A stretch of 53,518 nucleotides of DNA from a virus. Taxonomy: Duplodnaviria; Caudoviricetes. The DNA lies in the IMG/VR virus record IMGVR_UViG_3300021373_003472, positions 1-53,518 of that record. One strand, given 5' to 3'. The position numbers and the translations under genes are program-made. Of this stretch, positions 19,330-28,655 are shown piece after piece. How positions within the stretch are numbered: the first letter of the stretch is position 1; every line of letters begins with the position of its first letter. The notes under the pieces were generated by a model. That model was not told the DNA's origin. It did no database searches and saw nothing but the letters and a program-made list of their open reading frames with translations.

Positions 19330-21231
19330 CTACTCCTTTAACTGAGATTCATCTAACAATGTAGTATTATCTTGATCATTTTCAAATACTAATTGTTTTT
19401 TATTTATTTTCTTAAACATATCTTTATTCTTTAAATAAGTAGTTTTAGCAGACTCTAATGCCATTCCACTTTTATTAGTATCTGTTCTACTATCTAAAGA
19501 ATCATTTTTATCAGTATCCTTCATTCTCTTAGTTCCTAAAGGATCTTTCCCAAAATTGCTATCTTGAGTACCTAATTTACTAATTGAATCTTTTGGTCTA
19601 CCTAATTCTTTATCTTCATCATATCCTGGAGGTACATTTCCTGGGTCAGAATACATTCTTCCTTTACCATATAGAGAAGCTAAATCATGTGGAGTACCAT
19701 ATGATTTACCTGTTTCAACTGGATCATTTCCTTCTGCTTCAATTTGAGATAGTCTAAAAGTACGTTTAGCATCTTCTCTAAGTAAATCTCTATATTCATC
19801 ATATTGATCTTCACTGAAGTTAAAGATATTATCATATATCCAATCTGTAGGGATCAATTTTTGATCTTGTAAAGATTGGGCTAATTCTGCTTTAGATTTC
19901 ATTAATTCAATTCTTTCTTGTTCAAATATAATTGAAGGTGAATTTAATGAAATTTCAAAATTAGTTAAAGATTCATTTTGGTATCCTTGAGTATATAAAT
20001 GAACTAAAGCAATTTTATTTAATTCAGATACCATTATTCTTTGTAATCTTTCAATAGTACGAGCAAATCTAATATCTTCAGCTGCTAGTGTAGCTTTACC
20101 TTCTACATCTTCTTCATACCCTAAAAACGCTTTAGGTATTTTAAGTGCGGCAAATAGTTTTTCTCTTAAATATTCTACATCAGCAATACCATCGTACTCT
20201 AATCCTTTTGTAGTTTCAATTTTTGTGGTAGTATCATTTCCACGAACTGGGATGAAGAAATCCTCCATCATGTTTTGCATATTATACTTCAAATTATACT
20301 CACCAGTATTTTTATCTACATAAGGAGTACGTTTCATATTTGAAATAGTTTTCTGCATGAATGCATCTACTTCGTTTGGAGGGATAGATCCAACATTCAT
20401 ATAAAAAATACGTTTTTCAGGGGCACGTGCAATTCTATGAATTAACATAGCATCCTCCATTAACGTGTATTGTTTAAATAATTTTCTTGCAGGCTCAATA
20501 TATGAACGACCATAAGGAAGATAATTAACATCTGCAATTAATCTAAAATGAGCCATTTCATAATTGTCAAAATAAATACCAGGAGAATTATCACGATCTT
20601 GTCCTGGAACTCTATACATACCTGTGTTAGTATTTACAGTACCATCAGGTGAGAATTTAAATCTTACATCTGAAGGATTATCTGGGTTGAATCCTTCTTC
20701 TCTACTAATATGATATGCAGTATAAGGGATTACATTGTATACACCAAATTTTTCAGCAATTTCTAATTTTAAGAAGAAATCACCATATTTACACATTTGT
20801 CTAGTCCAAGACCAAAGGTTAAACTCAATATTTAAAACGTCATAAAATAAGTTATAAAGTATTTTCTGAATATCTTCATTAGAAGATCGGATAGATAATA
20901 CCTCCCCCATATCATTTTTAAGAGTAGATTCATCAGCAATAATATCAAGAGCAGAGGCAATAATTGCATCTTGATCCATTACATCATATTCTGAATATAA
21001 TTGGGGTCTTAAATATTGGTAATTAAAATTAAATTGTGCTCCATATAAAGATGTAGAGCTATTAGTATAAATTCTATTATACCTGTCTATTAGAGAATTT
21101 GTTTCAATTTCTCCTGTAGATTGGATAGTACTACTATCCATTACTTTTATCTGATTTCCTCCTACATTTCTAATGATAACATCAGTAGAAAATAGTCTTT
21201 GTAGTCTAGAAAAAATGCTTTTATTCGCCAT
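19330..21231 (-). CDS. Portal protein, T4 gp20-like
   Basis: EDAMLIHRIARAPEKRIFY, EDFFIP.R, ALKIPK, EDIRFARTIERLQ. Confidence 0.93.
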   Translation of the reverse strand: MANKSIFSRLQRLFSTDVIIRNVGGNQIKVMDSSTIQSTGEIETNSLIDRYNRIYTNSSTSLYGAQFNFNYQYLRPQLYSEYDVMDQDAIIASALDIIADESTLKNDMGEVLSIRSSNEDIQKILYNLFYDVLNIEFNLWSWTRQMCKYGDFFLKLEIAEKFGVYNVIPYTAYHISREEGFNPDNPSDVRFKFSPDGTVNTNTGMYRVPGQDRDNSPGIYFDNYEMAHFRLIADVNYLPYGRSYIEPARKLFKQYTLMEDAMLIHRIARAPEKRIFYMNVGSIPPNEVDAFMQKTISNMKRTPYVDKNTGEYNLKYNMQNMMEDFFIPVRGNDTTTKIETTKGLEYDGIADVEYLREKLFAALKIPKAFLGYEEDVEGKATLAAEDIRFARTIERLQRIMVSELNKIALVHLYTQGYQNESLTNFEISLNSPSIIFEQERIELMKSKAELAQSLQDQKLIPTDWIYDNIFNFSEDQYDEYRDLLREDAKRTFRLSQIEAEGNDPVETGKSYGTPHDLASLYGKGRMYSDPGNVPPGYDEDKELGRPKDSISKLGTQDSNFGKDPLGTKRMKDTDKNDSLDSRTDTNKSGMALESAKTTYLKNKDMFKKINKKQLVFENDQDNTTLLDESQLKE

Positions 21232-21250
21232 TTAGGTATATAATTATTGT

Positions 21251-21258
21251 TATAAATA
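21251..21258 (-). promoter_or_regulatory. Putative late promoter TATTTATA
   Basis: 19 nt upstream of portal ATG. Confidence 0.6.
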
Positions 21259-21261
21259 TTA

Positions 21262-22827
21262 TTACAAAAGCCAACTAATATCTTCTTTACCATGGTCTGT
21301 GTCTACATGGTAAGGATTATCAGCTCCCTTTGAAAAATAAGCCCCTTGATAATTTGTTCTATTTACTGTTATATTATTTAGAGCTTGTCTGGTTAGGTCA
21401 ATTCCTCTTTGTCTATATTTTAAAGCTGTATCTCTAATATACATAGCAATACCAAATGCCATAACTAAATCATCATTGTATCCTGATTGAGCTTCTGGTC
21501 TTCCATTTCGCCAAATAAAAGTCTTCATTTCTTCTATTAATCTTTTAGATTGAAATGTTACACCTTTATCTGAAATATATTCTTGGAATTTACCTACCAC
21601 CATAGGTCTAGTTCTAGATGACATAGTAAATCCAGCTGTCATTCTAGATGTATCCATATACTTATCAAAATAAGAATCTACAGTAGATTCTGATTTAGGA
21701 GAATAATATAAATTTGGGTAATTTCTATCAATTGCAACTTGAATGGTTGCCCATCCAATATTTGCATTTTCAATTACAAGTAGTGCTTCATTATATTCTG
21801 AAGCTATTCCTACAAGTAAATGTCCATATTCTTTAGTTCCTATTTGCCCTTTATATTCAGCTACTTGGACATTATTTTCTATATCAATTACATGAAATGC
21901 AGAATAATCTTTACCATCACCTCTTGCTACATCAGCTACAACCATATAAGTTCTAGTATAATCAGGTGATTCCCAAACCCATAAATTTTGATCTGCTCCT
22001 CTTTTTTCTAATGGGTCTTTAATATAAGATTTTTCATAATATTCAATATATTCAGGATAAAATACTATATCACCAGAAGTACTAAAGTCACAGTCACATT
22101 CTTGAGCTGCCATTCTAGGGTCACCTAATAATTCATCTTGTCTATCTCTCCAAGATTGATCCCGTTCTGGGTGTACATACCAGGGTAATTTTATAGGTAA
22201 AAATTCATTTTCACTTGCTTCTGCCCTCACCCAAGTTTGATGGAACCAATTTCCTGTACCGTAAGGGGTACTTAAAGCAATACAACCACCTCCAGTTGCT
22301 AATGTTTGTTGAGCTGAAGCCCATATTTCTCCAATATTATCAATAAATGCTGCCTCATCAATTAATAGTAAGGATACTGCTTCTGATCTACCGGCATCCG
22401 AACTTGCTGAGGTAGCTTTAATTTGAGAACCATTATTTAGTCTTAATGTTAATTTGTTATTTTCATCTGCGTCTACTTTAAGCCAAGAAGGTAAATTTTC
22501 ATACATAAATTTAACCTTTGTAACCATATTTTTGGCTGTTTCTTGTTTTGTAGCGATACAAAGAATATTTCTATCTTTATGAAATAACATCATCCATAAA
22601 GAATAACCAGCAGAAAGAGTTGAAATACCTAACTGTCTTGACTTTAAGATAATCGAATAAGGATTATCTCTCATTAGAGTTAATACCTTTTCTTGGAATG
22701 GAAATAAATTAAATTGGATTCTACCTCTTTGAGGATGTTGAATATAGCAATACTTGCGCATAAAGTGAACTGGGTCTTTAGCACATTTAAGATACTCTTG
22801 TCGTATTACTTTTTTTAAATCAGACAT
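21262..22827 (-). CDS. terL: Terminase large subunit, T4 gp17-like
   Basis: KSRQLGIST Walker A, LLLIDEAAF Walker B, STP coupling motif, ADVARGDGKDYS and DDLVMA nuclease motifs. Confidence 0.95.
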   Translation of the reverse strand: MSDLKKVIRQEYLKCAKDPVHFMRKYCYIQHPQRGRIQFNLFPFQEKVLTLMRDNPYSIILKSRQLGISTLSAGYSLWMMLFHKDRNILCIATKQETAKNMVTKVKFMYENLPSWLKVDADENNKLTLRLNNGSQIKATSASSDAGRSEAVSLLLIDEAAFIDNIGEIWASAQQTLATGGGCIALSTPYGTGNWFHQTWVRAEASENEFLPIKLPWYVHPERDQSWRDRQDELLGDPRMAAQECDCDFSTSGDIVFYPEYIEYYEKSYIKDPLEKRGADQNLWVWESPDYTRTYMVVADVARGDGKDYSAFHVIDIENNVQVAEYKGQIGTKEYGHLLVGIASEYNEALLVIENANIGWATIQVAIDRNYPNLYYSPKSESTVDSYFDKYMDTSRMTAGFTMSSRTRPMVVGKFQEYISDKGVTFQSKRLIEEMKTFIWRNGRPEAQSGYNDDLVMAFGIAMYIRDTALKYRQRGIDLTRQALNNITVNRTNYQGAYFSKGADNPYHVDTDHGKEDISWLL

Positions 22828-22828
22828 A

Positions 22829-23275
22829 TTATTTGGCTAGTACCAAAACCCCTACTACAGCTGCAATACCCGCTCCACTGAATAATTTTGTTTTTAATTT
22901 TTGTTTTTTTAAATCTTTTTGTAACTGAGCTGTTAACTCTTTAGATAAAGCTATTTGTTCTGCTTGTGTATTTACTATTCTACAAAAATTATCAATTTGA
23001 GCACTTAGATTAGTATTTAAATCACTTTGAACTAACAATTTATTATTAGTTTGGGTTAAAATTTGTTGCATAAATTCAATTTCTTGAGATACACCATCAA
23101 ATTTAATAAGATCTTTTATAACTAATCTAGCAATAGGTTTAGTTAATTGAATCCTGGTTGTGTCTGGAGCTATTGATTTCGCTTTTATAGCGTTCTGCGA
23201 AAAACTGTTCAAGCTCATCATCACCAAAGAAATCAACAGAATCCACTTTTTGTTGAGTTTGTTTTTTAATAACAT
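22829..23275 (-). CDS. Secreted coiled-coil protein with C-terminal hydrophobic segment (spanin-like partner)
   Basis: Signal-peptide-like KKWILLISLVMMSLNSFS/Q; overlaps upstream gene by 137 bp in another frame. Confidence 0.5.
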   Translation of the reverse strand: MLLKNKLNKKWILLISLVMMSLNSFSQNAIKAKSIAPDTTRIQLTKPIARLVIKDLIKFDGVSQEIEFMQQILTQTNNKLLVQSDLNTNLSAQIDNFCRIVNTQAEQIALSKELTAQLQKDLKKQKLKTKLFSGAGIAAVVGVLVLAK

Positions 23276-23519
23276 AAATTCTTGAATTTAATAATTTAAT
23301 TTTTTTATCATATTCAGCTATCTTGCTTTCTAATATTTTAGATTCTTCTTCTAATTTTGAATTTTGTGAATGAAGAGAATCTATCTTTGAATTTAAAGCA
23401 TTAATTTTATTATTATACTCAGCTACGTATTCTTCTTTATTGTTAAAGAATGTTACAACTATTATGGAAGCTCCTAATATAACTAATAAACTAATATTTT
23501 TTCTAAACCATTTAAACAT
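23139..23519 (-). CDS. Membrane-anchored coiled-coil protein (i-spanin-like)
   Basis: Single N-terminal TM helix followed by heptad repeats. Confidence 0.55.
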   Translation of the reverse strand: MFKWFRKNISLLVILGASIIVVTFFNNKEEYVAEYNNKINALNSKIDSLHSQNSKLEEESKILESKIAEYDKKIKLLNSRIYVIKKQTQQKVDSVDFFGDDELEQFFAERYKSEINSSRHNQDSIN

Positions 23520-23524
23520 AATAA

Positions 23525-23887
23525 CTATGCAATATCTAAAGCTTTTTCTAATTCTTTTTTCAGTTTTGTTTTTTCCTTTAGGTCAGCCATAATTTTTTCT
23601 TTTTCTTCACCCTCAGCTTTTTTATAATCACCATTCAAAGATTTCATTTCTTTAGTTAATTTAGCTAATTCTTCTTTCATTTTAGCTAAACTTTTAGTTG
23701 CTTTAATATCAGCTTTAGTTGGACCTTCTTCTTCTTCTTTCATATCCATTTTAGACATTAAATCAGCAGTTTTTTCTAACTCTTTATTTAGTTCCTTTTG
23801 ATTATTAATATCTTCTTGTGATGCTTCCTTAGCAAGAATAGATAAAATTTCTTCTTTAATAAACGATTGTAATTCTGATTTTTTCAT
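23525..23887 (-). CDS. Hypothetical K/E-rich protein (putative internal head protein)
   Basis: MKKSELQSFIKEEI leader; upstream TATTTATA. Confidence 0.6.
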   Translation of the reverse strand: MKKSELQSFIKEEILSILAKEASQEDINNQKELNKELEKTADLMSKMDMKEEEEGPTKADIKATKSLAKMKEELAKLTKEMKSLNGDYKKAEGEEKEKIMADLKEKTKLKKELEKALDIA

Positions 23888-23905
23888 TTATATAGGGGTT
23901 TTTGT

Positions 23906-23913
23906 TATAAATA
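23906..23913 (-). promoter_or_regulatory. Putative late promoter TATTTATA
   Basis: 18 nt upstream of ATG 23887; heads the run into terminase. Confidence 0.6.
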
Positions 23914-23915
23914 TA

Positions 23916-24446
23916 TTAAGAATTAATAACATTTAATATCTGCTCTATACGCTGCTCTGTTGTACCCTTAATTTCTGATACATTTTTAGTCATAAAACCA
24001 TATCTATTAATTAAATGAGTAATACTAAAATCGATTAAATCTCTATAATGTTCATCTGTTTCTCTTACTCCATTATCTTCAATAGGAATACCATCAGGAG
24101 AAATATAAAAAATATAATCATATTCTCTAATAAATTCTTTAGCATAATCTTCAAATTTTTCACTATCTATTAAGTCTATTGATTTAGCTGATTTAGTAAA
24201 AGCTATTACATCAAATATTGTTCTATCTGTGATTATGTTTTCATGCATTAATTCAGCACATCTTTCAGCTAAAAATACTGTTTGACCTTTTAATGTTGAA
24301 TCAGTATTTAAAGGAATACCTAAATCACTTAAATATTTACTACGTTCTGTAGCAAAAGTATAATCTTTAAATTGTTCAACTTCTTTTAAAGCATTAACTA
24401 AAGTAGTTTTACCTACTGACATTGTACCACATAAACCTATTTTCAT
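23916..24446 (-). CDS. P-loop kinase (NadR-C/AAA_28-like or dNMP kinase-like)
   Basis: GTMSVGKTT, ITDRTIFD, YDYIFY, EDNGVR. Confidence 0.75.
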   Translation of the reverse strand: MKIGLCGTMSVGKTTLVNALKEVEQFKDYTFATERSKYLSDLGIPLNTDSTLKGQTVFLAERCAELMHENIITDRTIFDVIAFTKSAKSIDLIDSEKFEDYAKEFIREYDYIFYISPDGIPIEDNGVRETDEHYRDLIDFSITHLINRYGFMTKNVSEIKGTTEQRIEQILNVINS

Positions 24447-24448
24447 AA

Positions 24449-24715
24449 TTAATTTCTATGATTATCTAATTTAGCTTTCATTGATTGGTTTTTATAATAA
24501 GGTAGACCTTCCCTTTGTTTTCTCATTTCTTTCCATTCCTCTATTGTTTTTCTATGACCATAAAGATAATATTCTCCTTTTCTTTCATTACCTTCTGGTA
24601 TTAAAGCTGGTCCATCCCAGTTATGTAACTTCCCATCCCATACATAAGCTATTGTACCATCAGCTTTTCTTAATCTTTTTGATTGTGGAAATGGTTGTCC
24701 TGATTCTATATTCAT
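24449..24715 (-). CDS. Hypothetical protein
   Basis: 88 aa with GKLHNWDGPALI motif; has its own promoter. Confidence 0.7.
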   Translation of the reverse strand: MNIESGQPFPQSKRLRKADGTIAYVWDGKLHNWDGPALIPEGNERKGEYYLYGHRKTIEEWKEMRKQREGLPYYKNQSMKAKLDNHRN

Positions 24716-24732
24716 ATTTTATAATTTATTCG

Positions 24733-24764
24733 TTAATATATGAAGTGTTTTTTACTCCTCCAAT
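24733..24764 (-). promoter_or_regulatory. Bacteroidota-type -33/-7 promoter
   Basis: ATTG-N20-TATATTAA upstream of 24715. Confidence 0.55.
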
Positions 24765-26038
24765 ATTTTTTCAGCAACTAAAGTACCTTGTGCGCCACTC
24801 ACTGTTATTCCTCTAGCAGAAAGAGCATCCCCAACAAAATGAATATTAGGATATTTGGTTAGGGATAAATCAGAATAATCAACAAGTGGCTCAGGTGACA
24901 AATATTTTACTTCAGGTACATAAATACCCCAATCATCTTTAAGTGTTGGAAATACTTTTTTCATATCCTCAATAAAATCATATACATACATAAAATATGG
25001 TTGCATTGCTTTAGATATTTCATGTAATGTATCTACTTTAATAGCTGATACTTCTACACCTTCAGATGTTTGAGATGGTTCTCTACTTGGGCTGTAATAT
25101 AAACCAGTACCTTCTTTTTGTAATTTATTTACTACTTTTCTAGACCAATCAAATGGTTTTTCAATACCTCTAACTTCCATTAGGATACCAAAATTAGTCA
25201 TATCATTTCTGTATTTTTCATCTTTTTTAGCATGACCATTATAACTGTGATCTCCATATGTTTCTTCTACAGCAACATAAGCAGCATTATTATTAGTACA
25301 GAATGATCTTAATGATACACCTTTATCTTCAAATTTTCTATATAATTTAAAATCATAAGAAACATCAATTAATTTTTGAAAGTGTTTTTGTGGAGCTTCA
25401 AATCTAACACCTATTTGTACTGGTTTAGGTTCAGTTGGTAAATCATATTTTTCAGCTAATTGTTTACCAAAATCAATACCACTTTTACCTACACCAAAGA
25501 TAAGTGTATCATAATCAATTGTAAAACTATCAGTATAGGCAATTTGTTTATCAAAATCAATATCTTCTACTTTAGTTTCCCAATGAAATTCTACACCATT
25601 ATCAACTAAAAAGTCATACCAATTTTTACCTATTTCATGTAAGTAATCAGTACCAACGTGCCATACAGGGAATAAACGTAATCCAAAATATGGTTTAATA
25701 AAATCAGGTTCTGCAACAGGATTTGAGCATTGTACTTCTTCTGGTTTAGGATGGAATCGTTTAAAGTTTTCAATTACTTGATCCATTAATTCCATTGCCT
25801 TTTCATCACCTGTATATTTAGATAAATGACCACCAATGGCAGTATGGTAAGTTAATTTACCATCTGACCAACCTCCTGCACCTAAAAATCCAGTCATTAC
25901 CTCAGAATAAGGTCTTAAATATGGGTCTTTACCCATATCAATAATGGTAATTTTACCACTAAAGTTGTTATCAACTAATTTTGTAGCAGCATTTACACCT
26001 GCTACTCCTGCACCTACAATTACTACGTTTTTAGACAT
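24752..26038 (-). CDS. FAD-dependent oxidoreductase
   Basis: VVIVGAGVAG Rossmann motif, GAGGWSDGKL, IGVRFE, RSFCTN, C-terminal FVGD. Confidence 0.88.
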   Translation of the reverse strand: MSKNVVIVGAGVAGVNAATKLVDNNFSGKITIIDMGKDPYLRPYSEVMTGFLGAGGWSDGKLTYHTAIGGHLSKYTGDEKAMELMDQVIENFKRFHPKPEEVQCSNPVAEPDFIKPYFGLRLFPVWHVGTDYLHEIGKNWYDFLVDNGVEFHWETKVEDIDFDKQIAYTDSFTIDYDTLIFGVGKSGIDFGKQLAEKYDLPTEPKPVQIGVRFEAPQKHFQKLIDVSYDFKLYRKFEDKGVSLRSFCTNNNAAYVAVEETYGDHSYNGHAKKDEKYRNDMTNFGILMEVRGIEKPFDWSRKVVNKLQKEGTGLYYSPSREPSQTSEGVEVSAIKVDTLHEISKAMQPYFMYVYDFIEDMKKVFPTLKDDWGIYVPEVKYLSPEPLVDYSDLSLTKYPNIHFVGDALSARGITVSGAQGTLVAEKILEE

Positions 26039-26057
26039 TTATTATAATTTTAACACG

Positions 26058-26089
26058 TTAATATACAAACTAAAAATGACCCATCCAAA
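26058..26089 (-). promoter_or_regulatory. Bacteroidota-type -33/-7 promoter
   Basis: TTTG-N20-TATATTAA upstream of 26038. Confidence 0.65.
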
Positions 26090-26099
26090 GGATGGGCCA
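26072..26099 (-). terminator. Intrinsic terminator
   Basis: UGGCCCAUCC-uuu-GGAUGGGUCA stem (one G.U pair) followed by UUUUU. Confidence 0.7.
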
Positions 26100-26145
26100 C
26101 AGCTCCATAATATTTTTAATTAAATCGACTGGCTATGAATCAGTC
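26097..26145 (-). ncRNA. Candidate H-type pseudoknot RNA
   Basis: GACUG/CAGUC stem; loop UCAUAGC can pair with downstream GCUGUGG; no family recognised. Confidence 0.3.
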
Positions 26146-26162
26146 TATATGTTTGTTTTTAC

Positions 26163-26270
26163 CTAAAAAAAGGGCATATCTGTACCATCTATTTCAAAGC
26201 CATCTTTTGTGGGGGTAATTGATCCCGTTGGCATAGGTTCCCATGATCCTGTTGATGGTAAGTTACCCAT
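26163..26270 (-). CDS. Small 35-aa ORF (not in ORF track)
   Basis: MGNLPSTGSWEPMPTGSITPTKDGFEIDGTDMPFF*; ATG overlaps the stop of the upstream gene. Confidence 0.45.
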   Translation of the reverse strand: MGNLPSTGSWEPMPTGSITPTKDGFEIDGTDMPFF

Positions 26271-26526
26271 TTATTTTTATTTTTAAATTAGTTGTACCTT
26301 TTAATATTCGGTGTATTCTACCTTCTGCTATAAATATATGATCACCTTTTTTAACCTCAAAGGGGAGTTCGTTGTCAAATTGAACCTGCCATCCTTCTCC
26401 TTCTAAAATTTCAATATTTCTATCTTCAGCATCTTGATGCCAAACTAATTCTAGCTTATTTATATCTTTTGAGAATGTTCTTACGTTACCTTTATTACGA
26501 TAAGGTTTTATTTTGTTTTCCCCCAT
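26263..26526 (-). CDS. Cupin-like protein
   Basis: WHQDAEDR.IEILEG and IFI....IHRI cupin motifs. Confidence 0.7.
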   Translation of the reverse strand: MGENKIKPYRNKGNVRTFSKDINKLELVWHQDAEDRNIEILEGEGWQVQFDNELPFEVKKGDHIFIAEGRIHRILKGTTNLKIKING

Positions 26527-26930
26527 GATTTACCTTTTCCTTTATCTTTGCATTTTGCAGGTGTAGGTCTACATGATGGATATTTTGCCCTTTTTTCTCC
26601 TTTTTTTCTACCACAGGCTTTGTATTTCATTTTACCTGTTTTAGGATCTTTTCTACCTGTATTACAATCAACCCAACCTCCTTCTTTACCTGCAGGGCCT
26701 TGTCTTTTAAACCATGTACGTAAAGATTCTTTTTCTTTTTCACTTAGTGTTTGAACATGTTCTTTTACACCTTTCCAAATATCTCCTTTACGACATCTAA
26801 CTACAGCACCTGATTTATATGCAGATGGTTTTTCAAATTTGCGGTCAGCAATACGGAGACATCTGTCTCGTTTTTTCTTTTTTTCATTTAGAACATTATG
26901 TATTGCTTCCCTAACTCTTTCCATTACCAA
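26508..26930 (-). CDS. Basic Cys-containing hypothetical protein
   Basis: PSAYKSGAVVRCRK, GGWVDC, YPSCRP; K/R-rich. Confidence 0.7.
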   Translation of the reverse strand: MVMERVREAIHNVLNEKKKKRDRCLRIADRKFEKPSAYKSGAVVRCRKGDIWKGVKEHVQTLSEKEKESLRTWFKRQGPAGKEGGWVDCNTGRKDPKTGKMKYKACGRKKGEKRAKYPSCRPTPAKCKDKGKGKSWGKTK

Positions 26931-27535
26931 AAAGTATTCATATTAGCACCTAAACCTAATGCCGATGCATATCTAGGTAAATTGCAAGACCAATATCCTG
27001 CTTTGGTTCTATCTTTTTTATTTTTACAATTATGTCTAGCTGCAAAAGCATTTCTAGCTTCTTTATTTTTAATTTTAGCTCTTAAGCCACCCGAACCAAA
27101 TGATACTTTTTTAATTTTTTTAGTTTTAGGATCCCTTACATAAACATAATATGCTTTAGAACCACCACGTTTTGGTTTATTTAGGGGTACATCTTTACCT
27201 CTAAATTCAGCTTCTTCAATTTCATCTTCATTTAACATAGGTAAATCTAAGGGTACAGATACACCTTCATATAAACCAAATTCACCTAAATGTGTTTTAA
27301 TTAATGCTTCATCTTCTTCACATAAATCAATTACATTTCTAGAATATAATTTTCTAGCTTCTTTAATTAAAGATAAATGTTTATCTGAACCAATACGATA
27401 TACTGTTTCAAATAAAGGAATTTTTTTATCTATATGATATTGTAGACCTTCAGATAATAAAGATTTTACTTTACTTTCTGTAAGTAAAGGTCCTCTAATT
27501 TTAGTTTCACAAGTATTACATCCGCAGTTACACAT
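26924..27535 (-). CDS. Hypothetical protein with basic C-terminal module
   Basis: KKVSFG...AFAARHNC...AGYWSC; N-terminal CNCGCNTC. Confidence 0.7.
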   Translation of the reverse strand: MCNCGCNTCETKIRGPLLTESKVKSLLSEGLQYHIDKKIPLFETVYRIGSDKHLSLIKEARKLYSRNVIDLCEEDEALIKTHLGEFGLYEGVSVPLDLPMLNEDEIEEAEFRGKDVPLNKPKRGGSKAYYVYVRDPKTKKIKKVSFGSGGLRAKIKNKEARNAFAARHNCKNKKDRTKAGYWSCNLPRYASALGLGANMNTFW

Positions 27536-27536
27536 A

Positions 27537-28655
27537 TTATCTTATTATCATATTAGGGTGGGGATTATTCCATTGATAACCACTAATTGGGTTTTTAACT
27601 ATAGTTCCAAATAAACCATCATCAATTGAATCCTCTAAGTTATCAATATCTACTAATACATAATCACCTTTTTTAGAATCCATAAACAAAAAATAACCAA
27701 CATTAGTCTTCTCAGCATATGCTTCAGCATTTAACTTAGTTAATTTTATTTTCATTTCTGCAACATCTTTAAAATCAGCAGGACTGTTAAAATATTTTTT
27801 AGCTAAATCTTTATTAAAGAAAATGCTATCTAAAGCTTTTTGAACATCTTTAATTATAGTTTTTTCTTTCTCCTTTTTCTTTTTTGGATCATCCTCATTG
27901 GTTATAGCTTGATCGTAAAGATTTTTAATGGATACATTAATTATTTTATTTTGAGGATCGTTTAAAAATTCTTCTAATTCTTCTCCTTCTAAATATCTTT
28001 TTCCTAAAAATTCTAAATAATCAAAATCACTACCTCTTCCAGGTTGTTGTCCTAATCTACCTCCTGTTCCTTTTACTTCTAGATTTTTTCCATTATAATT
28101 TAAATCACCTCCACCACCTCTATTATCAATATCATTAAAGGCTAAAGCTAAAAATAATTCACCTTTACCTATAGAAGAACCAGTAGCATCAGCACCCGGT
28201 TCTATATTAATTAAATCTTGTACTAGATTAGATGATAATCCTGTAACTTTTGAAAAATTTCCTTTTTCGGGGGAATTAGAGAATGATTTGGGTTTGTAGT
28301 TTAAAAATTCTTGGACATTAGAATCTGAGATTTTATCTATTACATATTCTAGTGCTTTATCTCCTACTTTAAATGAATCAGCAGTATATCCCTTTTTTGA
28401 TAATAAATTCTTAAGATCACCTTTAAATCCTCTATTAGAAATAGATCTAATATAAGCATTTAATTCTTCGTTGCTTAATTTACTAGAACGAATTATTTTG
28501 ATAAGTTTATCTTCAAGGTTTTCTTCCTCCTCTTCTTTGATTAAGTTATTTACTATTGAAAATAACTTTTCCTTGTCTTCAGGATTATTCATATCAGGAT
28601 AACCCTTCGAAAATCTCCAACTATGTTCTTTTAATATCTTATCAAAAACATCCAT
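27537..28655 (-). CDS. Putative PD-(D/E)XK restriction-like endonuclease
   Basis: IGKGELFL...GGGDL...LEVKG active-site-like spacing. Confidence 0.55.
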   Translation of the reverse strand: MDVFDKILKEHSWRFSKGYPDMNNPEDKEKLFSIVNNLIKEEEEENLEDKLIKIIRSSKLSNEELNAYIRSISNRGFKGDLKNLLSKKGYTADSFKVGDKALEYVIDKISDSNVQEFLNYKPKSFSNSPEKGNFSKVTGLSSNLVQDLINIEPGADATGSSIGKGELFLALAFNDIDNRGGGGDLNYNGKNLEVKGTGGRLGQQPGRGSDFDYLEFLGKRYLEGEELEEFLNDPQNKIINVSIKNLYDQAITNEDDPKKKKEKEKTIIKDVQKALDSIFFNKDLAKKYFNSPADFKDVAEMKIKLTKLNAEAYAEKTNVGYFLFMDSKKGDYVLVDIDNLEDSIDDGLFGTIVKNPISGYQWNNPHPNMIIR

